This document shows, one piece after another, positions 39,525 to 49,073 of a stretch of 64,000 nucleotides of DNA. The notes under the pieces were generated by a model that did no database searches, was not told the origin of the DNA, and was given only the letters and a program-made list of their open reading frames with translations. Source of the stretch: an uncultured Verrucomicrobiae bacterium. Lineage in GTDB: Bacteria > Verrucomicrobiota > Verrucomicrobiia > Chthoniobacterales > Chthoniobacteraceae. The stretch is taken from NCBI GenBank assembly GCA_963836755.1, contig CAWIKF010000002.1:2144001-2208000 (forward strand), given 5' to 3'. The stretch's first letter is position 1; each line of letters begins with the position of its first letter. The position numbers and the translations under genes were made by a program.

Positions 39525-42500
39525 ATGAGCACGACCATGCGCATTCTGGTCTTGGAAAATGAGGAGGCAGCGGAGCAACTGCTCGACCAGATGCCGCAGG
39601 CTGGCGACTGCTCGACCGTGAGCCAATTCGTGCGGACGAAGGAAGAATTTTTGCACAAGCTTGGGACCGAGGCTTTCGACCTGATCATCGTCTCCGATTC
39701 GATTCCGGGATTCAGCGGTGAGGAGGCTTTGGCTGAATGCCAGCAACTTTGCCCCGCCGTTCCATTCGTCGTCATTTCGCGAGCGATGGACGACCAGACG
39801 ATGGTGGAATATTTCCGCAGAGGCGCGACAGACTGCATCTTGAAAAACCAGCTGGCACGGGTCGGCTCCGTCGTCCGGCGCACCTGCCGCGAGGCCGACT
39901 TGATGCGCAAGCGCGAGCAGATCGAAATCCTTGCGCGTGAGCGCACGAATTTTTTGCAGTTACAGCAGGTGATCGCGGTTGCGGCCAATGAAGCTGCGTC
40001 CGTCCCGGACGCATTGCAGGCCGGTTTGGATCTCGTTTGTGCCTACGCCGGCTTTCCAGTCGGTCACGCGTATCTGCTTGATGAAAGCGGCGGCAAAATG
40101 ATTTCCGCAAACGTTTGGGCGCTCTCCGATGCGCAGCGCTTCGCGGAGTTTCGGGACGGCACATCCGCGATGAGTTTCAGCCGCGGCGAAGGAATCGCTG
40201 GACAAGTGCTTATGACCCAACAACCCGCATGGATAGAGGATTTGCGGGAATGGAAAAATTTTCTCCGCAAAGAAATGGCTGAGCGGGCGGGCCTTCGTTG
40301 CGCGGTGGCATTCCCAGTGTTCGCGGGAAAGTCGGTAGTCGCGATGCTCGAGTTTTTTGTCGAAAAAGTGGAGCCGCAAAACCAACGCTTACTCGATGTG
40401 ATGACCTATGTCGGCACGCAGCTCGGCCGCGTGGTTGAGCGCGATCAAATCGATCACACGCTCAAACTAAGGGCGAGGAGAGAAGCGGCGGTCGCGCGGC
40501 TTGCGCAGCGGGCATTGCAGGAGCGAAACCTCGAAACATTTTTGCACGAAGCCATGGCGCTCGTCGCGGAGGTGCTGACCGCCGATTTCACCTGCGTTCT
40601 TGAACTAGCAGAGCACAACGAAACGTTAACGATGCGTGCAGGCTTCGGATGGCAGAGGCCGATCATGAGCTTCGTCTCCACACTCTCGATGGCTGGCTAC
40701 GCGCTCGCGAAAAACGAGCTCGTGATTTCGCATGATCTCGAAACTGAGCTGCGCTTCAAAATGCATTCGCACGTTATTGAGGAAGGCGTTCGCAGCGGAA
40801 TGGTTGCAGTCATTTCCGCGCGCGGCGAACAGCTCGGAGTGGTCGAAGTTTTCTCAAAAAACGCGCGAGAGTTCCGGCCCGGCGAAACTTCTTTCCTGCA
40901 AACGATTGCCGATGTGCTCGCAAGCGCGATCGAGCGCAGCCGGACCTATGCCGAGTTGAGCCTGCTCCATTCGGCGGTCGAGCAAACAACTGAATCGATC
41001 ACCGTGACCGATGCGAATCTCGACCTACCGGGGCCGCGCATCCTTTTCGTCAACGCCGCATTTACTGAAATGACGGGCTGGACCGCGGCCGAAGTGCTCG
41101 GCTCTTCGCCGCGCATCATGCAGGGGCCAAAGACGGATCGGAACGTCATGAATCTTTTGCGGGCAAAGCTCGCGAGTGGCGAGCACTTTGACGGCGAAGT
41201 CATTAACTATCGAAAAGATGGGACGGAATTTTGGCTCGAGTGGCACATCGCGCCGATCCGGGACACCGACGGGAACATCACGCAATTTTTTGCGATTCAG
41301 CGCGACGTGACGGCGCGAAAGTTGGCGGACAAAGCATTGCGCGAAAGCCAGGCGAACCTCGCGGCGGCGCAGCGAATCACTCACCTCGGAAGCTGGGAGC
41401 TCGAACTATTCGACCTTGAAGAGATGGAGCGGAACACGCTGCGCTGGTCGGACGAAGTGTTCCGCATCTTCGGTTATGAGCCGGGTGCGGTTGAAGTATC
41501 GGAGCAAAATTTCATGCGCTTCGTTCACCCGGACGATCGCGAAGCCGTGCGGGCGGCCCTGCTGCAAGCGGTGAAAACGCGGACGCAATACAGCATCGAT
41601 CACCGGATCATGCTGCCAAACGGCGATGAACGCACTGTTTACGAACAGGCGCATCTTGTTTTCGATGAGACCAGTGGGGCGCCGCTAAAAATGATGGGCA
41701 TCGTCCAGGACATCACCGATCGGCGCCGCAATGAAGAAGCGCTGCGGGAAAGCGAGGAGCGCTTCCGCGCGACGTTCGAGCAGGCTGCGGTCGGCATTTT
41801 GCACGTCGGCTTGGAAGGCGAGTTTTTGCGAGTGAACCAGCGGCTGTGTGATCTGCTCGACTACTCGCGCCAGGAATTGCGTCACAAAAAATTCCACGAG
41901 ATCGCGCATCCCGACGACACGGATTTGGGCGCGGCGGAAACAGAAAAAATTCTCGCGGGAGAAATCCAGAGTTACTCGCTCGAGAAACGCTACGTGAAAA
42001 AAAATGGCGAGACGGTTTGGGCAAATCTTACGACGGCGCTTCGTCTCGATGAATCAGGCCGGCCGCTTTATTTCATTTCCGTGATGGAAGACATCAGCGG
42101 CCGAAAGCGCCTGGAGCAACAGTTTTTGCAGGCGCAAAAAATGGAGGCGTTCGGCCGGCTCGCCGGCGGCGTCGCGCACGATTTCAACAACCTATTAACG
42201 GTCATCGGCGGCTACAACAGCCTCGTCCTTGAGGATCTCGCACCCACCGATCCGCGTCGCGAGTTTGTCGAGGAAGTCGCGAAAGCCTCGGATCGCGCCT
42301 CTGCATTGACGAATCAACTCCTCGCGTTCAGCCGCCAGCAGGTTTTGCAATCGAAGGTTTTTGATCCCAATGACGTTCTCGAAAATCTCGAAAGAATGCT
42401 CCAGCGCATCATCGGCGAAGACGTGGAATTTGTGACCGAACTCGAGCCGCAAATCGGCCACGTGCGCGCAGATATCAGCCAGATCGAAAATGTCCTGGTC

Positions 42501-43262
42501 AATCTAGCGGTGAACGCGCGCGACGCCATGCCACACGGCGGCACGCTCACGATCCGCACGTCGCGCTCCACGGCCACCGCGCGCGACGAGGAGCAAAATC
42601 CAGACGTGCGCGCCGGCGATTACATCTGCCTGTCGATCACCGACACAGGCACCGGCATGAGCGAGGAAGTCAAAGCACACATCTTCGAGCCGTTTTTTAC
42701 GACGAAAGAAGTCGGCCAGGGCACCGGTCTTGGCCTCGCGACCTGCTACGGCATTGTCAGCCAGAGCGGCGGCTACATCATGGTCGAAAGCGAACTGGGA
42801 CGCGGCACGACTTTCAAAATATTTCTGCCGTGCGTGACCGAGCAAACGGAGGAGCTTTCGGCGTCCGCTGAATTCAACGAATTGCCGCGCGGCACCGAAA
42901 CAATTCTGCTTGTCGAGGACGAGCCGATGGTGCGTCGCCTCACGCTTTGGGTGTTGCGCGCGCTCGGATACAACTTACTCGAGGCGGCGAATGGCGAAGA
43001 CGCGTTTGCAGTGATGCAGGCGCATGGCGAACAGCCGTTGCACCTCGTGATCACCGATGTCGTGATGCCGCACATGAGCGGCAAAGATCTCGCATTCTGG
43101 ATTCGCGCTTCGCAGCCGAACGCGAAAATTTTGTTCATTTCCGGTTATCCAAATCACGAGCTCGACGACATGAATGCGCTCGGAGGTCATGCCGAATTTT
43201 TGCGCAAGCCATTTGCTCCGAAAGAGCTTGCCCACAAGGTTCGCGAGATGCTCGAAGCTTAA
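39525..43262 (+). CDS. Hybrid sensor histidine kinase (REC-GAF-GAF-PAS x3-HisKA-HATPase-REC)
   Basis: AHDFNNLL, NLAVNARDAM, GTGLGL, C-terminal receiver. TATAAT at 39492-39497 upstream. Confidence 0.93.
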   Translation: MSTTMRILVLENEEAAEQLLDQMPQAGDCSTVSQFVRTKEEFLHKLGTEAFDLIIVSDSIPGFSGEEALAECQQLCPAVPFVVISRAMDDQTMVEYFRRGATDCILKNQLARVGSVVRRTCREADLMRKREQIEILARERTNFLQLQQVIAVAANEAASVPDALQAGLDLVCAYAGFPVGHAYLLDESGGKMISANVWALSDAQRFAEFRDGTSAMSFSRGEGIAGQVLMTQQPAWIEDLREWKNFLRKEMAERAGLRCAVAFPVFAGKSVVAMLEFFVEKVEPQNQRLLDVMTYVGTQLGRVVERDQIDHTLKLRARREAAVARLAQRALQERNLETFLHEAMALVAEVLTADFTCVLELAEHNETLTMRAGFGWQRPIMSFVSTLSMAGYALAKNELVISHDLETELRFKMHSHVIEEGVRSGMVAVISARGEQLGVVEVFSKNAREFRPGETSFLQTIADVLASAIERSRTYAELSLLHSAVEQTTESITVTDANLDLPGPRILFVNAAFTEMTGWTAAEVLGSSPRIMQGPKTDRNVMNLLRAKLASGEHFDGEVINYRKDGTEFWLEWHIAPIRDTDGNITQFFAIQRDVTARKLADKALRESQANLAAAQRITHLGSWELELFDLEEMERNTLRWSDEVFRIFGYEPGAVEVSEQNFMRFVHPDDREAVRAALLQAVKTRTQYSIDHRIMLPNGDERTVYEQAHLVFDETSGAPLKMMGIVQDITDRRRNEEALRESEERFRATFEQAAVGILHVGLEGEFLRVNQRLCDLLDYSRQELRHKKFHEIAHPDDTDLGAAETEKILAGEIQSYSLEKRYVKKNGETVWANLTTALRLDESGRPLYFISVMEDISGRKRLEQQFLQAQKMEAFGRLAGGVAHDFNNLLTVIGGYNSLVLEDLAPTDPRREFVEEVAKASDRASALTNQLLAFSRQQVLQSKVFDPNDVLENLERMLQRIIGEDVEFVTELEPQIGHVRADISQIENVLVNLAVNARDAMPHGGTLTIRTSRSTATARDEEQNPDVRAGDYICLSITDTGTGMSEEVKAHIFEPFFTTKEVGQGTGLGLATCYGIVSQSGGYIMVESELGRGTTFKIFLPCVTEQTEELSASAEFNELPRGTETILLVEDEPMVRRLTLWVLRALGYNLLEAANGEDAFAVMQAHGEQPLHLVITDVVMPHMSGKDLAFWIRASQPNAKILFISGYPNHELDDMNALGGHAEFLRKPFAPKELAHKVREMLEA

Positions 43263-44422
43263 ACCCGCAACGCTTCTGCGTAATAATTTTCGAGATTGCG
43301 GATCTGCGCACGCATCTCAAATTTTTGCGCGACTGCGCTCGCTGCCTGGCGGCTCATCGCACGGTAACGCTCCGGAGAATCGGCCAGCTCAATCATCGCG
43401 CGAGCAAGCGCTGCGTGGTCTCGCTCATCAACAAGCAGACCGCTGACGCCATTTTCAACGGCTTCGGGAATGCCGCCATGCGTCGTCGCGAATGCAGGTA
43501 AACCCGTTGCCATTGCCTCGAGCATCGAGTTCGGCACGCCTTCCTGGTTCCCGTCCGGCCCGAGCTCGCTTGGATGCAAAAAAGCATGCGCATCGTAAAA
43601 AAGATCCCGCAGTTGCTCCTGCGCAACGAAGCCAGTGAATCGCACTTTTTTCTCGACGCCGAGTTCCTGCGCCAGCGCCGCCAACTCTTCTCGCATCGCT
43701 CCCTCGCCTGCGATGGTCAAAGTCGCCGCCGGAAATTTTTTCGCAAAACCAGCGAATGCGCGCAAACTCACGCGCAAACCTTTTTTTGGAATTAGACGAC
43801 ACGCTTGCAAAAAGTTCCACGCTCCGCCCGCCGCCGGCTCGCGCTGTCGAAAAGGAAATTGATCGAGCGGAATGCCGGTCCGATGCAACCGTAGTTTTTC
43901 TCGCGCGCACCCGAGTTCGACGAGCTGCTCCGCCAGTGACTGTGAACGCGCGAGCACCATCGTCGCGTCGCGCAACATCCGTTGCATCGCCTCACGATAA
44001 TTCGATTTTTCCATGTCGACCATCGCGTCGGCTCCGTGGAAAGAAACGATTGTTGGCAGCGCGCGCATTTGAATCAGCGGCAGCAAATGCACCCCGATAT
44101 GGCCGAAGTAGATATGTAAAAGTTTCGCATCCACCTCGCGCAGTTTTTCTCCGATTTGACGCGCCTGATTTTGCGAAATCTGCACTGGCGCCTTCTTGAT
44201 TTTCTTTTGCCAAAAGCGCCGGAACTCCCGCGTGACGGGCCTCGGCAGCAAAATCAAATCGGAAACAGGGAACTCCGTGGCGTGCTCCCGCTTTTGCGCG
44301 AAGACGATTGGACGAAAGGTTTTGAGGCCGACGATCTGCCGGTAAATGTGCAGCATTTCCGGCTTCAAAAAAGTCGCGCAATACTGAACCGCGACCGGCC
44401 TCTCAAAAGAAAATGCTGACAC
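43259..44422 (-). CDS. GT4 family glycosyltransferase (WcaL-like)
   Basis: SFHGAD, CRLIPKKG, EGVPNSMLEAMATGLP. Confidence 0.92.
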   Translation of the reverse strand: MSAFSFERPVAVQYCATFLKPEMLHIYRQIVGLKTFRPIVFAQKREHATEFPVSDLILLPRPVTREFRRFWQKKIKKAPVQISQNQARQIGEKLREVDAKLLHIYFGHIGVHLLPLIQMRALPTIVSFHGADAMVDMEKSNYREAMQRMLRDATMVLARSQSLAEQLVELGCAREKLRLHRTGIPLDQFPFRQREPAAGGAWNFLQACRLIPKKGLRVSLRAFAGFAKKFPAATLTIAGEGAMREELAALAQELGVEKKVRFTGFVAQEQLRDLFYDAHAFLHPSELGPDGNQEGVPNSMLEAMATGLPAFATTHGGIPEAVENGVSGLLVDERDHAALARAMIELADSPERYRAMSRQAASAVAQKFEMRAQIRNLENYYAEALRV

Positions 44423-44481
44423 AACCGGTCAGCATTTTCGAAGTCTGTGCGCGCTGCAAGCGCAACGATTTTGCTCGCCTC

Positions 44482-44793
44482 TCAAAAGGCAAAAGCGAAA
44501 AGGCGCAACGCGATCGGGTGCTCACGAGATTGATCGCGCGGGCGGAGAAACGGATCGCTCGGGCGATACTCGACGAACTCCGAGCCATTTCCGTATTCGC
44601 GCGGCGCGAGCGGATTAACGGCTTGCAAAACGTTTCCTGAGCGGGCGGCTCGTTGCAGTCCGCCCTCCGTCGTGGTGCGTGCAATCGCCGGCACTCTTGA
44701 CCCCGGAACCACACGAACCGGCGCGCGGAAATCCTGCGCGTGGAGAGTCAGTGAAGCAGCGGAGATTGCGGCGAAGAAAAGAAGTTTTTTCAT
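44482..44793 (-). CDS. Small secreted hypothetical protein
   Basis: Signal peptide MKKLLFFAAISAASLTLHA. Ends LRLFAFAF. Confidence 0.65.
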   Translation of the reverse strand: MKKLLFFAAISAASLTLHAQDFRAPVRVVPGSRVPAIARTTTEGGLQRAARSGNVLQAVNPLAPREYGNGSEFVEYRPSDPFLRPRDQSREHPIALRLFAFAF

Positions 44794-44893
44794 ATTTTGT
44801 CCTCTGCCATAAGTTCGGAATAGGCATCGAATCTGGCCGGATGCGAAGTCGAGGGTTGCCGCCCCGAGAACTTTTCCTATTGTGTCTGCGCCA

Positions 44894-45163
44894 ATGGAAC
44901 GCGAACTCACTGTCCTCAACACACTCGGACTTCACGCGCGCCCCGCCGCGGAATTCGTGCGGTGCGCGCGAAAGTTCAAGAGTGAAATTTTCATCCATAA
45001 GAGTGGCGAGCAATACTCGGCCGCGAGCATTCTCGATGTCCTGAGCGCCAACCTCGATTGCGGTGCGAAGCTGGTTTTGCATGCAGAGGGAGCCGACGCT
45101 GCTCAAGCGCTCGACGAGTTATCTGAACTGCTGAAAATTTTTGTGACGCAGGAAAACGAGTAA
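44894..45163 (+). CDS. ptsH: PTS phosphocarrier HPr/NPr
   Basis: GLHARPAA (His15), AASIL (Ser46), AEGADA. Confidence 0.93.
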   Translation: MERELTVLNTLGLHARPAAEFVRCARKFKSEIFIHKSGEQYSAASILDVLSANLDCGAKLVLHAEGADAAQALDELSELLKIFVTQENE

Positions 45164-45189
45164 TTGCATTGCCGGTGGCCGATCTCGAA

Positions 45190-46176
45190 ATGCAAAATCT
45201 TTCCGTGGATTTTGTCGAAAAAGCCAAACGCGTCATCGAGATCGAGCTGAACGAAATCCAGCGGCTTCTCGCGCGCGTGGACGAATCTTTTTCCGCTGCG
45301 GTGCAGACGCTTTTGCGCGCGGTGGAAACGCAGCGAAAGATTGTCGTCATGGGAGTCGGCAAGTCGGGAAACATCGGCGAGAAAATCGCGGCAACCTTGA
45401 CCAGCACAGGATCTCCGGCCGTCGTGCTCAATTCTCTCAACGCGCTGCACGGCGACCTCGGAGTGGTCGCGGACGGCGATGCGATCCTCGCATTGAGCCA
45501 CAGCGGCGAGACCGAGGAGTTGATCAATGTGCTGCCGGCACTCGCGCGATTTGACGTAAAAATTGTGTCGCTGACGGGAAATCCCAAATCATTTCTGGCG
45601 CAGAATTCCGACGTGCATCTCGACGTGAACGTCGAACAGGAAGCATGTCCGCTGAACCTCGCCCCGACCTCGAGCACGACAGCGATGCTCGTGCTCGGCG
45701 ATGCGCTGGCGATGGTTCTGCTCGAGGCGCGCGGTTTTAACAAAGATGATTTTGCACGTTTTCATCCGGGGGGAAAACTCGGGCGCACGCTACTCTTCAA
45801 AGTTCACCAAATCATGCGTGGTGATGATCGGATGGCCACGGTTGCCCCTCAAACAACCGTGCGCGAAGTGCTGCACGCGATGGCCCGGAAACGCACAGGT
45901 GCAGCAATTGTGACACAAACAAATGGCGCGCTGCTCGGGATTTTCACGCACGGCGATTTCGGCCGACATTTTCAAAATGAGCCGCAACTTTTGGAGCGGC
46001 CGGTGGGCGACTACCTGACGAAAAATCCGGTTACGATCGCAGCCGATAAACTTGCCGCGGAGGTGCTTCATATCCTCGAACATCATTCCATCGATGACTT
46101 GATCGTCGTGGACGAAATGAATCGGCCCGTCGGGATCGTGGACACGCAGGATCTTGCGCGATTCAAGCTGCTGTAA
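45190..46176 (+). CDS. kdsD: Arabinose-5-phosphate isomerase (KpsF/GutQ family)
   Basis: GVGKSG, ALHGDLG, EACPLNLAPTSST, FHPGGKLG, CBS pair. Confidence 0.94.
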   Translation: MQNLSVDFVEKAKRVIEIELNEIQRLLARVDESFSAAVQTLLRAVETQRKIVVMGVGKSGNIGEKIAATLTSTGSPAVVLNSLNALHGDLGVVADGDAILALSHSGETEELINVLPALARFDVKIVSLTGNPKSFLAQNSDVHLDVNVEQEACPLNLAPTSSTTAMLVLGDALAMVLLEARGFNKDDFARFHPGGKLGRTLLFKVHQIMRGDDRMATVAPQTTVREVLHAMARKRTGAAIVTQTNGALLGIFTHGDFGRHFQNEPQLLERPVGDYLTKNPVTIAADKLAAEVLHILEHHSIDDLIVVDEMNRPVGIVDTQDLARFKLL

Positions 46177-46252
46177 GGCTTGCTTGCCAATTGCCGCGGA
46201 AATCTACGCTCCGCAGCGCCGAACAAAGATAAAGCATCCTGTTAAACCGGCG

Positions 46253-46677
46253 CTAAGTTCTGGTGCCGTTAGAAGCAAGGATTTTACGCAGTGTCTCGCA
46301 CCGTTTGCGGAGCGTCACGCGGTTCATTTTGGTGGCGCGCGCGAGCACGGTCGGCTTGTTGTCAAAACGGCTGAGCAAATGCCGCAGCGTGAGCGCTTCA
46401 AGTTCCTCGTGCATTTCCTTGTAAGAACGCCCGTCCTGCAATTTTTCGTCGAGCCACGCCTCAAGCGCGGGCGCAAGTTCGCTGACGCTGAGACCGATGC
46501 CCATACCGCCTTCTTTTTCAGAGAAAAAAATTTCGACGTAGCGCTCCATCGCCAGAGTTGAAAATCCTTGCCTGTGTCGCGAAAAACAAGACGCAGAGCG
46601 GCTTCGCGCGAACCGACGATTGAAAGTTCGCCCCCTTCGGGCATCGCATGAATGGCATTGATGATGATGTTGCTCAC
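46253..46677 (-). pseudogene. Collapsed two-component locus: HATPase fragment fused to an NtrC/Fis-type HTH fragment
   Basis: NIIINAIHAMPEGG...RDTGK, a 1-nt frameshift near 46566, then GF...FFSEKEGGMGIGLSVS, joined near 46480 to ...LEALTLRHLLSRFDNKPTVLARATKMNRVTLRKR. Confidence 0.75.
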
Positions 46678-47069
46678 GGGCTGCGTGATGCGGCGACGAT
46701 CGACGCCGCATAAAGTTCCGGTTCGATGTGACGGCGATGCGGAGCGAAAAGCCGCAAAAAGGGCGCAAAATCATTGACGCGAAGGGACAAAACTTAATCA
46801 GCCCGCCGTGCGCGACGAGACCAAAGTTTGTCCACGAAAAATCGCCTCTTCACCGCAAAAAATGAATTGGTTTTCGCGGATACTTCCGTTCATAAGGTGA
46901 AAACGACCGGATATTTTCGATCCTAAACTCAGTTGGTGCAAATGATCCGTGAATCCCTCCATCGCCCGCAGATGCCGACCGTTACTTGATCTACGAAAGG
47001 TTCGTCATTGCATGCATGACGAATGCTAATGCGAGGCAGATCAAAAGTTAACTCCGTTACAAACCCACC

Positions 47070-47948
47070 ATGTTAAAGACCTGCTCTCCATTCTTTGTTT
47101 TAGCGGTTGCCACTCTCGCCGCTCTTCATGCGGAGAATTCAACTTCGATTCCTAGGGTCACGATCACCTCGACTGCGGGCTTAAGCGAAAATCAACCGGT
47201 CGGTGAAACTGGGCGTCCCGACTGGACTTCCGCACGCCGCTTTACGACGACGCGCGTTTACATTCAGCAGTCGCCGGGTGAGATCGGTTTTGAGCAATGG
47301 CTGCGCTTCCGGGATTTCCGCGACGGCAGTTCGCAGGCGCGTTTCCAGGAGGAATTGGAATTCGGTCTGCCCTATCGCATGCAGCTCGACATCTATGAAA
47401 ATTGGGTGGTCGATCAGGATCGTCACGCTGACCAGGATGAAACTTCGTTCGAGCTCCGTTTCGCATTGGCAGACTGGGGAAAAATCCCGCTCAATCCCAC
47501 GCTTTACGCTGAATACGCAGTAGTGAATCAGGCGCCGGACACAGTCGAATTCAAGCTGCTGCTCGGCCAGGATTTCGGCCCGCGCATTCATTACGGGCTG
47601 AATTTGGTTTACGAGCAGGAGACGTGGGGCGCGCGGTCGACGGAGTTTGCCGTCACGCAGGGAATCAGCTACACGCTCATCGATTCCGTCCTCAGCGCCG
47701 GCGTGGAAATGGAATACGAAATCGAAACCGAGCGCGGCTCGCGCAGCAATCCGGCGCAGCAATTCCTCATCGGCCCGAGCGTGCAGGTCCGGCCATCGCG
47801 CAACTCCCACCTCGACCTCGTCGGCTTGATCGGGGCGACGGGCAAATCACCGAACGTGGAAGGCTACATCATCTTCGGCGTTGATTTCGGCAAAGTCCTC
47901 GGCCAGAGCGAAAGCCATTATCAACCGGTCTCCGGCCGCGGGAATTAG
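47070..47948 (+). CDS. Putative outer-membrane beta-barrel / porin-like protein
   Basis: Signal peptide and repeated amphipathic beta-strands (ELEFGLPYRMQLDIY, NPTLYAEY, FLIGPSVQVRP). Confidence 0.7.
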   Translation: MLKTCSPFFVLAVATLAALHAENSTSIPRVTITSTAGLSENQPVGETGRPDWTSARRFTTTRVYIQQSPGEIGFEQWLRFRDFRDGSSQARFQEELEFGLPYRMQLDIYENWVVDQDRHADQDETSFELRFALADWGKIPLNPTLYAEYAVVNQAPDTVEFKLLLGQDFGPRIHYGLNLVYEQETWGARSTEFAVTQGISYTLIDSVLSAGVEMEYEIETERGSRSNPAQQFLIGPSVQVRPSRNSHLDLVGLIGATGKSPNVEGYIIFGVDFGKVLGQSESHYQPVSGRGN

Positions 47949-48032
47949 CGGCGCTATCGGTTCGAAAAAAAACTTGGCTCATCGAGCCGCCAACTCTTGA
48001 AAACGACGGCGTCTCGTTTGTTGGAGAAAAGT

Positions 48033-48926
48033 TTAACTTTTGTCGCAACCGCTGTTGAGACGGCGGCAGGCGACAATGGTGTTTGCGATCAACATAGCAA
48101 TCGTCATGGGCCCGACCCCGCCGGGAACGGGCGTGATCGCGCGGCAGCGCGGCGCGACGCTCCCAAAGTCGACATCGCCGACGAGGCAATAACCGCGTTC
48201 GGCGGAGGGATCCTCTTTCCGATTGATGCCGACATCGATGACCACAGCGCCTTCACGCACATGTTCGGCTTTGACGAACTCTGCGCGACCAATGGCAGCG
48301 ATCAAGATGTCGGCGCTGCGCGTGATTTCGGTGAGATTTTTCGTTCGCGAATGAGCGATGGTCACAGTCGCGTCGCCGCCGGCGCCTTTATTCATGAGCA
48401 AAAGCGCGAGCGGCTTTCCGACGATCATGCTGCGCCCGAGGATCACCACATGCGCGCCGGCGATCTCGATGCCGCTTTCGACGAGCAGCCGCTGGCAGCC
48501 CAGTGGGGTGCACGGGACGAAGCCGCTCGAGTCGCTGAGGGCGAGCTTCGCGACGTTCACCGGATGAAAGCCATCCACGTCTTTGCGCGGATCGATCGCA
48601 GCGATGACGGCGGCCTCGTCGATGTGCGGCGGCGGCGGCGATTGAACGAGAATGCCGTGGATCGAAGGATCGTCGTTCAGCGTTTGGACGAGCGCGATGA
48701 GCTCTTTCTGCGCAGTCTCTGCTGGCAACTCATGTTTGACGGAATGCAAGCCGAGTTCGCGACACATTTTGTCCTTCGCGCGAACGTAGGCGCGCGATGC
48801 AGGATCATCTCCCACGAGCACAACGGCGAGGCCGGGGATGAAACCGCGCGCTCGAAGGTCGGCGGCGCTGGCGCGCGACTCGGAGTGGATCTTTTGAGCA
48901 ATGGCTTTTCCGTCGATGAGATTCAT
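48033..48926 (-). CDS. folD: Methylenetetrahydrofolate dehydrogenase/cyclohydrolase
   Basis: [32 protein letters not shown]. Confidence 0.97.
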   Translation of the reverse strand: MNLIDGKAIAQKIHSESRASAADLRARGFIPGLAVVLVGDDPASRAYVRAKDKMCRELGLHSVKHELPAETAQKELIALVQTLNDDPSIHGILVQSPPPPHIDEAAVIAAIDPRKDVDGFHPVNVAKLALSDSSGFVPCTPLGCQRLLVESGIEIAGAHVVILGRSMIVGKPLALLLMNKGAGGDATVTIAHSRTKNLTEITRSADILIAAIGRAEFVKAEHVREGAVVIDVGINRKEDPSAERGYCLVGDVDFGSVAPRCRAITPVPGGVGPMTIAMLIANTIVACRRLNSGCDKS

Positions 48927-49073
48927 GAATGCAGCCGCGAAACTTTGACGCGTTCCGACAAACGAACAAAAAGCCGGACTTTCCGCAAGCAGCGCGCACG
49001 GATTCATCGAATGCGCAGCGGTTTTTCCCGAAAAGTATTTTGCTTTCAGCAGCCGCGTTTTAAAGTGCGGCTT

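Noticed and set aside
46934..46948. Sigma54 promoter before the porin-like gene
   Set aside because: It reads TGG-N10-CC rather than GG-N10-GC. It could be a decayed site, but this cannot be supported.
47997..49073. Apparent 359-aa N-terminal extension of DnaX; similar extensions on folD, ridA, rpsT, lptD, PBP1A and the sulfur carrier
   Set aside because: ORF-caller artefacts overlapping neighbouring genes. Family homology begins at the downstream starts used above.
48927..49073. SRP RNA (ffs), often found upstream of dnaX
   Set aside because: No SRP domain IV motif (CAGG...GGAA...AGCAG in a long hairpin) was recognisable.
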